Below are positions 50,901 to 62,572 of a DNA stretch of 64,000 bases, one piece after another (positions within the stretch are counted from its first letter, which is position 1; each line of letters opens with the position of its first letter). Origin of the DNA: Tubiluchus corallicola (taxonomy: Eukaryota; Animalia; Priapulida); the NCBI GenBank assembly GCA_030141605.1, contig JAQGDQ010000599.1:53432-117431 (forward strand), given 5' to 3'. The translations under genes were made by a program, and so were the position numbers. Under the pieces are notes generated by a model. It was not told the origin of the DNA, made no database searches, and worked only from the letters and a program-made list of their open reading frames with translations.

Positions 50901-53235
50901 GAAGTTGGTAAAGTTGTAGTTGAAGAATATGAGGCAGAAACTGTTCCAGTTGAATCTGAAGTTGATAAAGTTGTAGCTGAAGAATATGAGGCAGAAGCTG
51001 TTCTAGTAGAATCTGAAGTTGGTAAAGTTGTAGTTGAAGAATATGAGGCAGAAGCTGTTCCAGTTGAATCTGAAGTTGGTAAAGTTGTAGCTGAAGAATA
51101 TGAGGCAGAAGCTGTTCCAGTTGAATCTGAAGTTGATAAAGTTGTAGCAGAAGAATATGAGGCAGAAGCTGTTCCAGTTGATTCTGAAGTTGGTAAAGTT
51201 GTAGCTGAAGAATATGAGACAGAAGCTGTTCCAGTTGATTCTGAAGTTGGTAAAGTTGTAGTTGAAGAATATGAGGCAGAAGCTGTTCCAGTTGAATCTG
51301 AAGTTGGTAAAGTTGTAGCTGAGGAATATGAGGCAGAAGCTGTTCCAGTTGATTCTGAAGTTGGTAAAGTTGTAGTTGAAGAATATGAAGCAGAAGCTGT
51401 TCCAGTTGAATCTGAAGTTGGTAAAGTTGTAGTTGAAGAATATGAGGCAGAAGCTGTTCCAGTTGAATCTGAAGTTGGTAAAGTTGTAATTGAAGAATAT
51501 GAGGCAGAGGCTGTTCCAGTTGAATCTGAAGTTGGTAAAGTTGTAGCTGAAGAATATGAGACAGAAGAGCATCAAGATAAAACTGGAGAAGTAATAGCAG
51601 AAGAACACGAGACAGAGGCTGTTACAGAAGATCGTGCAGATGAGACTGATGAGCTAATAGCAGAAGAATATGAGACAGAAGCTGTTCCAGTTGAATCTGA
51701 AGTTGGTAAAGTTGTAATTGAAGAATATGAGGCAGAAGCTGTTCCAGTTGATTCTGAAGTTGGTAAAGTTGTAGCTGAAGAATATGAGGCAGAAGCTGTT
51801 CCAGTTGATTCTGAAGTTGATAAAGTTGTAGCTGAAGAATATGAGGCAGAAGCTGTTCCAGTTGATTCTGAAGTTGATAAAGTTGTAGCTGAAGAATATG
51901 AGGCAGAAGCTGTTCCAGTTGATTCTGAAGTTAGTAAAGTTGTAGTTGAAGAATATGAGGCAGAAGCTGTTGCAGTTGATTCTGAAGTTGGTAAAGTTGT
52001 AGCTGAAGAATATGAGGCAGAAACTGTTCCAGTTGATTCTGAAGTTGGTAAAGTTGTAGCTGAAGAATATGAGACAGAAGAGCATCAAGATAAAACTGGA
52101 GAAGTAATAGCAGAAGAACACGAGACACAGGCTGTTACAGAAGATCGTGCAGATGAGACTGATGAGCTAATAGCAGAAGAATATGAGACAGAAGCTGTTA
52201 CAGAAGATCATGCAGATGAGACTGATGAGGTAATAGCAGAAGAATATGAGACAGAAGCTGTTACAGAAGATCATGCAGATGAGACTGATGAGGTAATAGC
52301 AGAAGAATATGAGACAGAAGCTGTTACAGAGGATCATGCAGATGAGACTGATGAGGTAATAGCAGAAGAATATGAGACAGAAGCTGTTACAGAAGATCAT
52401 GCAGATGAGACTGATGAGGTGATAGCAGAAGAATATGAGACAGAAGCTGTTACAGAAGATCATGCAGATGAGACTGATGAGGTAATAGCAGAAGAATATG
52501 AGACAGAAGCTGTTACAGAGGATCATGCAGATGAGACTGATGAGGTAATAGCAGAAGAATATGAGACAGAAGCTGTTACAGAAGATCATCCAGATGAAAG
52601 TGATAAAGTTGGTAAAACTGTAATCGAAGGATATGATATGGAAGCTATCGAAGAAGAGTTTCCAGTGAAAACTGAAACTGATGAAATTGTGGCTGAAAAA
52701 CTTGAGAGAGAAGCTGATCTAGTTGACTCTGGAGTTACTAAAGTAGTAGCTGAGGAACTAGAACTTACCACTGCAGGTAGAGAGGCTGTTACAGGAAAGC
52801 AACTAGCAGACATGTCAGAAGAACTTCCAGAAGAAACAGACTCTATTTTGGAGGAAGAAAGTGACACACAGGAATTCACTGAAATTTACAGAAAAGTTGA
52901 AGTGGCAGAAAAAAAAACTGGCACATCTGCTGACCCCGTGAAAGTACAACCACCAGAATGTATAACAGTACCAGTTCCAGAAGAACCAGATATAATAACA
53001 ACTTCTTTTATTGATGATCATGTTAATGTTGAATATTTTGCGCAGCCATTTACTGAATTATCTGATCTACTTATTGCCACTTCTGCTGAGGATACGAAGG
53101 AAGAAATTATATCTGAGGACATTGTGGAATGCACAGCTGAACCTGAACCCAGTGATGCACTCTCTCAGTTTATAGAGACTTACAGAGACATTTTCAAGAT
53201 TAGCTCAGAAGAAGATGCAGACCGCGGCCATAAAG
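47977..53235 (+). CDS. Ank2: Giant exon (5259 nt, 1753 codons), Glu/Val/Ala-rich with tandem repeats
   Basis: tttag|GA...AAAG|gtatt; phase 1-1; uninterrupted frame (ORF track 47991-53519). Confidence 0.9.
49497..52061 (+). repeat. Coding minisatellite, 57-nt/19-aa unit EEYEAEAVPV(E/D)SEVGKVVV; 36 + 7 copies
   Basis: 49497 to 51549 = 36 x 57 nt; 51663 to 52062 = 7 x 57 nt; blocks separated by a 114-nt variant. Confidence 0.95.
52138..52590 (+). repeat. Coding minisatellite, 63-nt/21-aa unit TEDHADETDEVIAEEYETEAV, ~7 copies
   Basis: 63-nt periodicity visible in DNA and translation. Confidence 0.95.
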
Positions 53236-54056
53236 GTATTTCCCTCATTAGGCTGCTATGTGCACATCGTGTCTGCTACCATCGACCAGCTTGCTATGTT
53301 CTGTATTTCATACAAGCGAACATGAGTATTGCTTGCTATGCATGCAGCCGTTTTCAACTGGAACTTATGTTAAGGTACACGAAATCGAAGGCACGTTTTT
53401 CGTTCTTACAGAAAGCTTGCAACTGCATTAACTCTGCTTGCTTCACCGATTCTTCAGTTTTTTCAGTGCAGTTATCATTGTTCATGCGGACGTTTGTCAG
53501 TATAATTTGCAATATTTAAACGGCATACAACCCAAGATAAGCATGTCTTTTTCACACCTGCCGATCAAGACAGCCCGAAATTTTCAGTTTTGCTTTTGAC
53601 TAGAACATTATTAGTTTTCTTTCAGCCTTTTAGCATGTTCAACAAGCCTGAGTAGCATAGTGAAGCATGCAGCAACTTGAAATAATTTTTCATAAAGTGC
53701 TTTATTTAACAAATAATATCGGTAAATAAGTTTGTTTTAACAATTGTGTCAGCTTTCTTGTTTTTGATATATATATATATATGTGCTTTTAATTAAAGTA
53801 GTTTTTATCCTTGTTGTGGAAGCATCCCCGTTACATAATAACAATTTTAAGTCTTTGTCTTTAATAATACTCTGCTTTAATCACAACTTTTCAAGAGAAC
53901 AGTTAACTTCTCACTGTTGCTTTGTTCTTACTTATTTTCAGTTTGCTCTGTTAATTAATGTTAATTAACTGTTAAAAAATGCAGATGATGATAACTATTA
54001 ATGTGTGTTCACGTAGTTACTAACACTAAATAGATACATTGCATGTCCTTGCACAG

Positions 54057-54251
54057 GTGACAGAGACTCCGGTAGCGACCACACGGTCGAAGAAGAGGAA
54101 ATTTCTCCGGTCGTAGTTCCGTCATCCCGTCCCCGCCCTAGAACTCAGTCTCCTTCATCCCCCGCTGACGTCGTACAGATGCTAGTGGCGGAAACCCAGC
54201 GAATCGATGCCGCCTATAAACCAGCCGTGATACGACCACCTGTCACTGAAG
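54057..54251 (+). CDS. Ank2: Ankyrin tail exon (Pro/Ser-rich; absent from ORF track)
   Basis: cacag|GT...GAAG|gtaga; 195 nt, phase 1-1; GDRDSGSDHTVEEEEISPVVVPSSRPRPRTQSPSSP...PPVTE. Confidence 0.85.
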
Positions 54252-54440
54252 GTAGAATAGCTAACATTTGTGCATCCCTGAAATGTGAATACTAATCTCT
54301 CAGTCTCTTTACAAAAAAATCATGAGCGATTTTCAACCATTTTCTGATATTTTGCACTTATGTTCCTAATTACAACTAATTAAAATAATCAAAAGGTAAT
54401 TAGTTAGCATATTATTTTTTGTACATTTATTTGTTCAATA

Positions 54441-54763
54441 CAGTCGACCCTCGTTAAATCGGACCCCGTTAACCCGGATATTGTGGTAAAGGAAACTGAC
54501 CGATTTCCGTCCGAGCCGGTGCGCTAAACACAACACCGCCTACCAACTGTACAATAATTTCTTTATCCTCACAGATTAACTATTTTAAAGTAATACAGTA
54601 TGGTATATAGTGCACAGTATATAGTGCAATGTATATAGGCCTTATTAAGGTGATTATTCCTGTATAATATAGACCATATATAGGCATATTGGATAAATCA
54701 GACAATCGGCTAAACCGGACCACCCCACCCCCCGGGTTAGCCCGGTTTAACGAGGGTTGACTG
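54441..54763. mobile_element. Tigger/pogo-like MITE
   Basis: ta|cagtcgaccctcgttaaatcgg...ccggtttaacgagggttgactg; ~22-bp TIR. Confidence 0.8.
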
Positions 54764-55818
54764 TGTTCTTCACCACTTGGTAAATTTCAGGTTTGCACAA
54801 ATGTATGTGGGGCTAATAACAAACTAACTTGCTTGTTTTCTGACGTGTCTGCACTTTAAAATAATTCCACTTAATCTTTTTTCTGCACGTAATAAAGTAC
54901 ATACATATCAGTGTCAGGCATTTTCTCATTAATAAGACTCTTGTTTTCAATTAAGCTGAGCAGGATTTTCCGCATTGTAAATCCACGTATTATAAGCCCG
55001 TTTAAAAAATATAGCCTCGGTTTTGCTTCAAAGCCATTTTGTTTTTTTAATAGTCTCATTGTTATCATACGTGTTTTCGTTGCCATGCTCATCGTTCTTA
55101 ACAACAAACATTGGAATCCTGGAAACAAAATTGGAAACAGTTGGAAGCGAAACTCAATATTACTATAAAGTCCTACCTAACTTTCTTTATTTCTCTCAGT
55201 GTCTTTCTTTTTTGATGCGTGAAACAATTCGACACTGAAAAATAGTGCAGCGCGCAATCGAGGAACGGCCGTCACATTGAAGACATGCTTCTATAGCATG
55301 TAAAGTGTTAGTTTTTTTTTAAAAGTCAAGAGGACTTGTTTGTGTCGGAAATGCCGGGCACTTTTTGAATATCCTGTAAATTTCGCTAGTTTGTTAATTA
55401 TTCCAAGATTGTCTAAGGTTTCTAATTATAGCTTCTCTGTATTTTTATAACTCACTGTAACCTAGTTGTCTAAATCTTTTAAATTATGTGAAAAATCTCG
55501 TTACTATAAACTTGTAATGTGACCGTCAGTATGATTATAGTTTCTTTTATTCTTTTCACTTTGATAGTGCTAATGTGTGTTATAGTCTTATAGAACACCA
55601 GACTTGATGCTTTTTCTGCATACCAGCTTAGACTTCAATGTTTGTTTATAAATAAGTTTGCAGTACAGTTGTAAGCAAGGATTGTATGGTATTGTTGTCA
55701 CCTGACTGATAACTTGTAAAAGAATCAGTACTTGTTCCTTTATAGTTTTTTCATTCCTTTCTTGTTTCTTGAATTTTATGTTGACTGAGCCAAAATGAAT
55801 GAAACATTTTCTTTGTAG

Positions 55819-56043
55819 AAGGTACGGAACCAGCGGAAGAGGATGAGATAGTGCCGGTAAAGAAAGAGGATCAAGTAAAAGAGGAGGTGATTATTCGAGT
55901 GGAGCAGCAGGAAGATGAGAGGTCACCGACACTTGCTGAGGCTGAACAAACCGGTATCGACGAGAGTTACCTGCAGAAGGAAATGTCTGACGAGGACGAT
56001 GCCGCCACGCCTCCGCCGACGCCCATCACTGAAGAAAAAGAAG
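55819..56043 (+). CDS. Ank2: Ankyrin tail exon
   Basis: tgtag|AA...AAG|gttat; 225 nt, phase 1-1; EGTEPAEEDEIVPVKKED...ATPPPTPITEEKE. Confidence 0.87.
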
Positions 56044-56055
56044 GTTATTCTTTTG

Positions 56056-56338
56056 CTTGTGTATTAAGATGTCAGAATAAAAGTCCCGTCTCTAACTGAA
56101 AACAGTGACTCCCAGAACAGTGATTCTTGTGTATTAAGATGTCAGAATCAAAGTCCCGTCTCTAACTGAAAACAGCAACCTCTAGAACAATGATTCTTGT
56201 GTATTAAGATGTCAGAATCAAAGTCCCGTCTCTAACTGAAAACAGCAACCTCGAGAACAATGATTCTTGTGTATTAAGATGTCAGAATAAAAGTCCCGTC
56301 TCTAACTGAAAACAGCGCCCTCGAGAACAGTGATTCTT
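56056..56338. repeat. 70-bp minisatellite, 4 copies
   Basis: cttgtgtattaagatgtcagaat...aaagtcccgtctctaactgaaaacag at 70-nt spacing. Confidence 0.92.
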
Positions 56339-56692
56339 AGTTAGGCCAGTATTTATGCCTTCATGGTTTAACCATTTATTGCCAAGCTATCAATAAGTGA
56401 AATTAGCAAATTTTGTAATTGTCAACTAATGATGTTGCCTATACCTCCCTGAGCTCAATACATGTGTAGAGAATTGGATACATATATGTTGGTGTAACAG
56501 TCAATTTTTAAACTGATACTTTTCTATTTACGTAGTGTGTAGAATAGATTGTTTGGGCACATACACGTATCCTAAGTGTTTTTCGTTATTTGTGGTTTAT
56601 CTCTTTATTCCCAGTGTAGGTCGCTAAGTACTAAATAAAGTTGTCTGATAAATGAGTGACGGTAAGTAAATATTATTTCATTTTCATTTCAG

Positions 56693-56794
56693 ATGTACAA
56701 ACGAAGGAGGAAATGGAAACGTATACTCTAGATGACGGTACGGAAGTCACACGCGTCACCAAAACCACTACAAAAACTACAACGGTGATTGAAG
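56693..56794 (+). CDS. Ank2: Ankyrin tail exon (Thr-rich)
   Basis: ttcag|AT...GAAG|gtgac; 102 nt, phase 1-1; DVQTKEEMETYTLDDGTEVTRVTKTTTKTTTVIE. Confidence 0.87.
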
Positions 56795-56953
56795 GTGACT
56801 TTTTAATGTATTTTTTCGGTTATTTGAAGAATGCAGTTATACTTGTTTTTTTAATTTTACGTTGTCTCGAGAGAAAATGCCTTTGTGTGTTAAACTGAGC
56901 AACCCACTCCATTTTGACATAAATTTAATGGTTCGTCTAATAAACATTTATCG

Positions 56954-57514
56954 TTTGTTGTTGGCATCCTTCTGTCTCGGAAGACAATGGAGTGTGCGCG
57001 AAGAGAGTCAGTTATTGATCACACTGATGGAGCTGCAGCATTGACTGTGGCTGAGCAATCCAATCCTTTAATCACTGGAGTAGCCTCTCCAGGGCACATG
57101 CATAGGCAAGGTGTATGGAGATCCTGAGTTGCCCAGACAACAGGAACCCCCTCTCTTCCTCCCTGGTGTAGTCCAAAGGAAAGCGGAGCGATACGTTTGG
57201 CACCAGGTTGGCTGCAGGAGCTGCCGGAGTCAGTGAGCATGCTGCACTGGTCCGCCTTCGGGGCTCCACTCCTGATTTGCAAGGTTTACTCCTCTACACA
57301 TGGCCGTTGGGTCACTTGACCTCCTCCGCCCTCTAGCTGTTGGCTGCTTGTGCAGCTCCTCCGCCTACTGTCGAGATACAGTGTGGGCATCCCGCAAGCC
57401 TACAGCCCTGGTTTTTCTTGTCGGTCACCCATCCAAGTACTAACCAGGCTCTATGTTGCTTAACTTCGGTGATCAGACAAGAACCGGTGTTTTCAACGTG
57501 ATATGGCCATAGAC
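56954..57514 (-). mobile_element. 5S rRNA-derived SINE (SINE3-type), copy 2
   Basis: Reverse complement starts GTCTATGGCCATATCACGTTGAAAACACCGG; same body as copy 1; (CAA)n tail; direct repeat acatttatcg at 56944-56953 and 57513-57522. Confidence 0.88.
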
Positions 57515-58027
57515 ATTTATCGGTTACTAATTAATAATTAGCAGCCAGAGAAGCACAGCTTGAACGAAATCTGGAGTGGACAGTAAGTAGAAAACAGTCC
57601 ACTGCCCCACTTTTATGCTATATTCGGTAGTTCATTGACCTGGATTTTATTGAAACAAGTACCAATGAGTGAACAGTTTATTAAGAGTAGAGAGAAAAAT
57701 GACTTTTGAATAGCTCCCGATGGGGCAGCTGAGAAACGAGGTTGCATTTCTGGTTTTTGTCTATTTTTTATTTTGCGTTTATAAAAAGGTTTTACGTATT
57801 GAAAATGTTATTCTGTATTTCTTTTTTTATAAATAAACAGACTTAACCCATGCTTAGCACTCTTAGTTTTGCTAGATCTGTGTTGTGTTCAGATGACCAG
57901 CGATTAGCTGTTGATGTCAAAATTATGTTTTCATTAACTGTCGGTTGTTTTGCAGGCACTTTTGTTAAAGCAAAGTTACTATTCTGTTATGTAAATTTAA
58001 ACCCTTAGACCAACATGAATGAATTTT

Positions 58028-58584
58028 CCATCCTCAAATTTTGACGACCACTCTGCCTTGTCTAAGCACACTGGTTGCCACCATTACTGTCACTATAGCT
58101 GCTTGACTGAGCTTAACGGATAAGAGACTGCATTCTGTCTCCATAATGGATGACCTTAGCCATCCTCAAATTTTGACAAACACTTTGCCTTGTCTAAGCA
58201 CACTGGTTGCCACAATTACTTTCACTATAGCTGGTTGACTGAGCTTAACTGATAAGAGACTGCATTCTGTCTCCATAATGAATGACCTTAGCCATCCTCA
58301 AATTTTGACAACCACTCTGCCTTGTCTAAGCACACTGGTTGCCACAATTACTGTCACTATAGCTGCTTGACTGAGCTTAACAGATAAGAGACTGCATTCT
58401 GTCTCCATAATGGATGACCTTAGCCATCCTCAAATTTTGACGACCACTCTGCCTTGTCTAAGCACACTGGTTGCCATAATTACTGTCACTATAGCTGCTT
58501 GACTGAGCTTAACTGATAAGAGACTGCATTCTGTCTCCATAATGGATGACCTTAGCCATCCTCAAATTTTGACAAACACTTTGC
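58028..58584. repeat. 132-bp tandem repeat, ~4.2 copies
   Basis: ccatcctcaaattttgac at 58028, 58160, 58292, 58424, 58556. Confidence 0.92.
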
Positions 58585-58869
58585 TATTTATCGAAACTCA
58601 TGTTTCAATAATATTTTTTAACATGCAGTGAAATTTTGAAGTGAAGAAGTGATACTGTGGCAATTTTGACAAATACTACTCTTTCTTTTTCCAATTTTAT
58701 AGAACAAGTTGTTTTAATTTGAAATTTAAGTAAAAATTAAGTTGTTCTAATTTGCAACTAAAATATTTTACTAATACAAAACTACTAAAATGTAGCATTT
58801 AGTAGATACGAAGATGATTCCAGTTTTCCAGACTTAGTTATGTCGCCTTATGCTAGCTGCATTTTTTAG

Positions 58870-58944
58870 GTGGTCATCTTAGCGAAGAGGAAATTGCTGA
58901 AAAACTGGCTGGTGCCGATGATTTATGGGAACCGGAGCGTGAGG
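58870..58944 (+). CDS. Ank2: Ankyrin tail exon
   Basis: tttag|GT...GAGG|gtagg; 75 nt, phase 1-1; GGHLSEEEIAEKLAGADDLWEPERE. Confidence 0.8.
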
Positions 58945-59208
58945 GTAGGTAGGGCCTTGAGGGTCTATTCTTGCTGCCTGTTGACAATTTGAATGTGACT
59001 GTGCTAACATGATGATAATACCAGCATTAATGTCGATACTGGTATTCTCTCGATCAGCATTTATAATATTAGTGTCTTCACTGACTGAATTAATAATTGA
59101 TCATTGATGTTATTGTTAATGATAATTTTACTAATGATAGAACGTAGCAGTGAATGCTGATTTTAGTAGCTTGGTGGAATGCTTTTCCTGATCTACCATC
59201 AGTTAAAA

Positions 59209-59382
59209 TTGATGATGGTATCTAGTTCATTATACATATGTGTGCTTGCATAGCAAAAGCGTCCATTTGATGATGGTATCTAGTTCATTATACATATGTG
59301 TGCTTGCATAGCAAAAGCGTCCATTTGATGATGGTATCTAGTTCATTATACATATGTGTGCTTGCATAGCAAAATCGTCCAT
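59209..59382. repeat. 58-bp minisatellite, 3 copies
   Basis: ttgatgatggtatctagttcattatacatatgtgtgcttgcatagcaaaa repeated. Confidence 0.9.
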
Positions 59383-60373
59383 AAGTCGGCAGTTAAATGT
59401 TTCTAGTTATTCTCATATTCTGAATCTCCATTTCATGAGGATCATTTTGATACCAAGTTCATCACTTTGTGTTATTTCTAAGCTGAGATAATCCACGTTG
59501 ATGTTGAGGTGTAGGCTATGCCGTGAAAAACATAATCTTGAGAAAATCACTTAAAATCAGCCGTTGTTTTTTGTCGCGTCTCTACAAAACACTTAGCAGC
59601 CGTACGAATGTTGGTTGCTGTGGACTTTGCAAGAACACATTGAAGTTATGCTGAAATCCAGTAGATGGCTCTTCCTGATGAAGATCTGGGCTTGGCAACA
59701 GGAAAAACTTGAAGCAAAATGACAGCTTCCATGAGCTACAATCGGAGTTTGAAAATAGGAGTTTTTTACAATTGCAGTACTAGGTGCTAGACAGAAAAGT
59801 GGGTAAGGAGTTATAAAACAAAGTTTTTAGTGTTCTTCAAACACTTTTTCGACAATTTGATGCTAAAATATAAAAGTCCAATATATTTAGCGTTGGTTTT
59901 TACAAAATATGAAAAATTGACAATTTTTGGGTCATTCTACTTTGAAGCATCTTAGCGCAGTTTTAACTATGCCGACTTATGGATTGTTTTGGTTTGCAAG
60001 CACACATACATTGTGCCACAGTTGTGTTTTACTTAATGTGATTATTAATTTTCTTGACAAAACTCTGGACGCTTTTGCTCTGCTTGTTTTTGCGTTCGCC
60101 ATCTACAGTTAACTGATGGTACCAAGCAATAAGAGTTTGTTTTTATTAGATCATGACTAAATTTTTTGAATTGAAAAATGAACCAAATGTGCTAGCAAAT
60201 ATGTTTTGTTTTGTCTGATAACAAAAAAAATTGTGCAAAAATTAACACTATCAGTTGCCAGATGTGTACCATCAATCTTGCGTGACCAATTCATAATCAC
60301 AAGTGCATGTTTTCTAATTATTGTTTTTATTATTATTGTTATTTGAAATAAATCTTTTCTTTTATGTTTGTAG

Positions 60374-60390
60374 CAGTTGCACTAATTTAG
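60374..60390 (+). CDS. Ank2: Candidate short terminal exon (AVALI-stop)
   Basis: Pyrimidine tract + tagcag NAGNAG acceptor; in phase 1 reaches TAG after 5 codons; AATAAA near 60864. Confidence 0.35.
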
Positions 60391-61510
60391 TTGACTTTTC
60401 GTTTTTTTAGTTTTTTGTTGTTTACTTGTATAAAATTCTTGCATGAAACACTTTTTTGCTTACCTTTACTTGTGTGTTTACACAAACAATTTCGTAAACT
60501 GTAAAGGTTCAATTGTTTACAAAATTCTTGACTTGTAACAAAATCGTGGATAAGTGTTTTTCCTTTCTGTGTTTTCAAGTTTTTGGTTCATTGTGGCTGT
60601 GTCAAAATTTTAGCAACATCAATGTTAGCATTTAGTTCACTTTATGTAAGTTGAATTTTTTACAACTGGGAATTCCTTTTTTCTTGGAATTATTTTGCTA
60701 GGCTGTATAAAACATAATTTTTTTGTAAACATTTGTTCTAACCCCACGTTTTCTAGTAAAACTTTATCATTGCAGAATTAATTGTGTTTGGGTCTCAGTG
60801 ATCACACTGCTCAGTCTATTGAATTGTCTTTTTCAGTTGTAATGCTCCAATTGTTTTTTGTTGAATAAACTTACTCCTTGTCTTATTCTGGCAGTATTTC
60901 TTTTCACATTTTGTAGTTTAAATCGCACTCTCTCGCACGTATTTTCTTTTTTGTTTTTGTAGTTTCTCACTGTGCAAGTTTTAAAATGTCTACTAATAGT
61001 TCTGACAATTAAGACATACTTGATATTAACAATACCTGGGGAACAGAAGATCTTGTAGCTTTCCATACATTTGCCAATTAATATGGCTTTGATACAAGAT
61101 ACCTGCTTTACTAGTTGATCCTGAGCATTCTAGATCTTGTAGTTTTCGATACATTTGATTGGGCGATGTTTATTGTGCAATTAATATGACTTTGATACAA
61201 GATACCTGCTTTACCAGTCAGGACTGTCCGATTGGAAGGTTTCTTCACTCTTATTTAGCCAGTAAATTCTTCTGAGCAGTCTTGTAGGGTAAGCTCAAAA
61301 ACCCAATCAAAGACTGTTCGTTAAGGTAAAATCATTAATAATCATTTATCGTTCTTCCCTTGGTAAACATAATTATTTGCAGTTAAAAATGTACTCGAAC
61401 AAATCATACGAAAAATTAAAATTTTCTTACATTGTTCCGACAAATAAAGTAAAGTAATATGACGAAAGTTTATCTGAAAGGCTACCAGCTCACACTTGCG
61501 TTTTTAGCAG

Positions 61511-61533
61511 ATACGGAACAGTCTGAAACATAA
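61511..61533 (+). CDS. Ank2: Candidate short terminal exon (DTEQSET-stop)
   Basis: ttttagcag|AT ACG GAA CAG TCT GAA ACA TAA; phase 1; acidic composition like preceding tail exons. Confidence 0.5.
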
Positions 61534-62572
61534 GATATCGAATCCCCTAGTTCTTGTTGTTGTGACTACATATTGTTATTAAAGCCTTGAAATCAATGAA
61601 GAGATCTTTAATAGCATGTTACACATACCTACAATCAAGCACACGTAGAATTTTATAGTGACACAACACAATTAGCACTTTATGACCAATGGTAAATATG
61701 AACAGAGAATCATTTCTAACAATTTCATTCTGTTCTTTCATTATGTGTTTTTGTTTTGTGTATTTAAGAGACATTTTTGCACAAAAGTTTACAGACTTTA
61801 CAAAACGATTTTGATAATAATGCGTACACATGGTTGTCCTATATGTAATGATAATGCAGAATATATCACCAGCATTTCTTTTGCTATTGAAAATAGTAAA
61901 ACAGCTCATCTCTGTAACCTGTGTGACTGTGTTTAATCTGTTCCTTGTTTTTCTGTTGTCGCAGTAACAATTTCCTGTGCTTCGCGTCGAAAATTTTTAT
62001 ATTACAGTGTTTGCCTGTTGAGTATTCCTTATAAAACTGTAACTGAAGTTGTACTTGGTAGTGCAGTGTGTGCATGCGGTTGTGTAGCGTGTGTGCGTGC
62101 ATGGAATTTCAGAGGTAATTTGTATCATATGTATATTGCAAAGGTTATACATACAGCAAAGTACTTTGTGCATGTTCCGACATTTTGTGCATACAACTAG
62201 AACATGCATCTTGTGTCTAACACCGTAGTAACCGATACAGTTGTTTAAATTTCGCAAGTGTCTTGTAACACGATTGCATTAGTTACCTATAGTTTTTTAA
62301 GCAATATTTTTTTAAATTGCATATCATCATACTTGTGAATTTCTTATTGTATTTCATGCAATAGGACATTTTATATATGTTTGTGGACAAACACTTTATA
62401 TATATATTATATAACTTTTATACACATATGTAACGAATAGGCATGCTTGTGTTTTTTTGTATAAATTATTCAACTTTATTACGTGTAATTATAATGTAAA
62501 TGTTTCAGTTTTATTGGCAATTTAAGCTTTTTTCATTTAAACACTGTAATTTACTGCTATTTATGTGTGCAG

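Noticed and set aside
46666-53021. Minus-strand ORFs over the large exons
   Set aside because: Antisense shadows of a codon-biased repetitive coding strand.
53236-53519. Hydrophobic/Cys-rich C-terminus of the 1842-aa ORF (likewise 47654-47826)
   Set aside because: Composition changes abruptly at an in-phase GT donor; best explained as ORF run-on into intron, though intron retention cannot be excluded.
57545-57582. Possible exon AREAQLERNLEWT with GTAAGT donor
   Set aside because: Phase 1 to 0, incompatible with the next phase-1 exon at 58870; no pyrimidine tract.
59194-60121. 13-bp inverted repeat taccatcagttaa/ttaactgatggta suggesting a TIR element
   Set aside because: No TSD identified and no second copy in the window; too weak to call.
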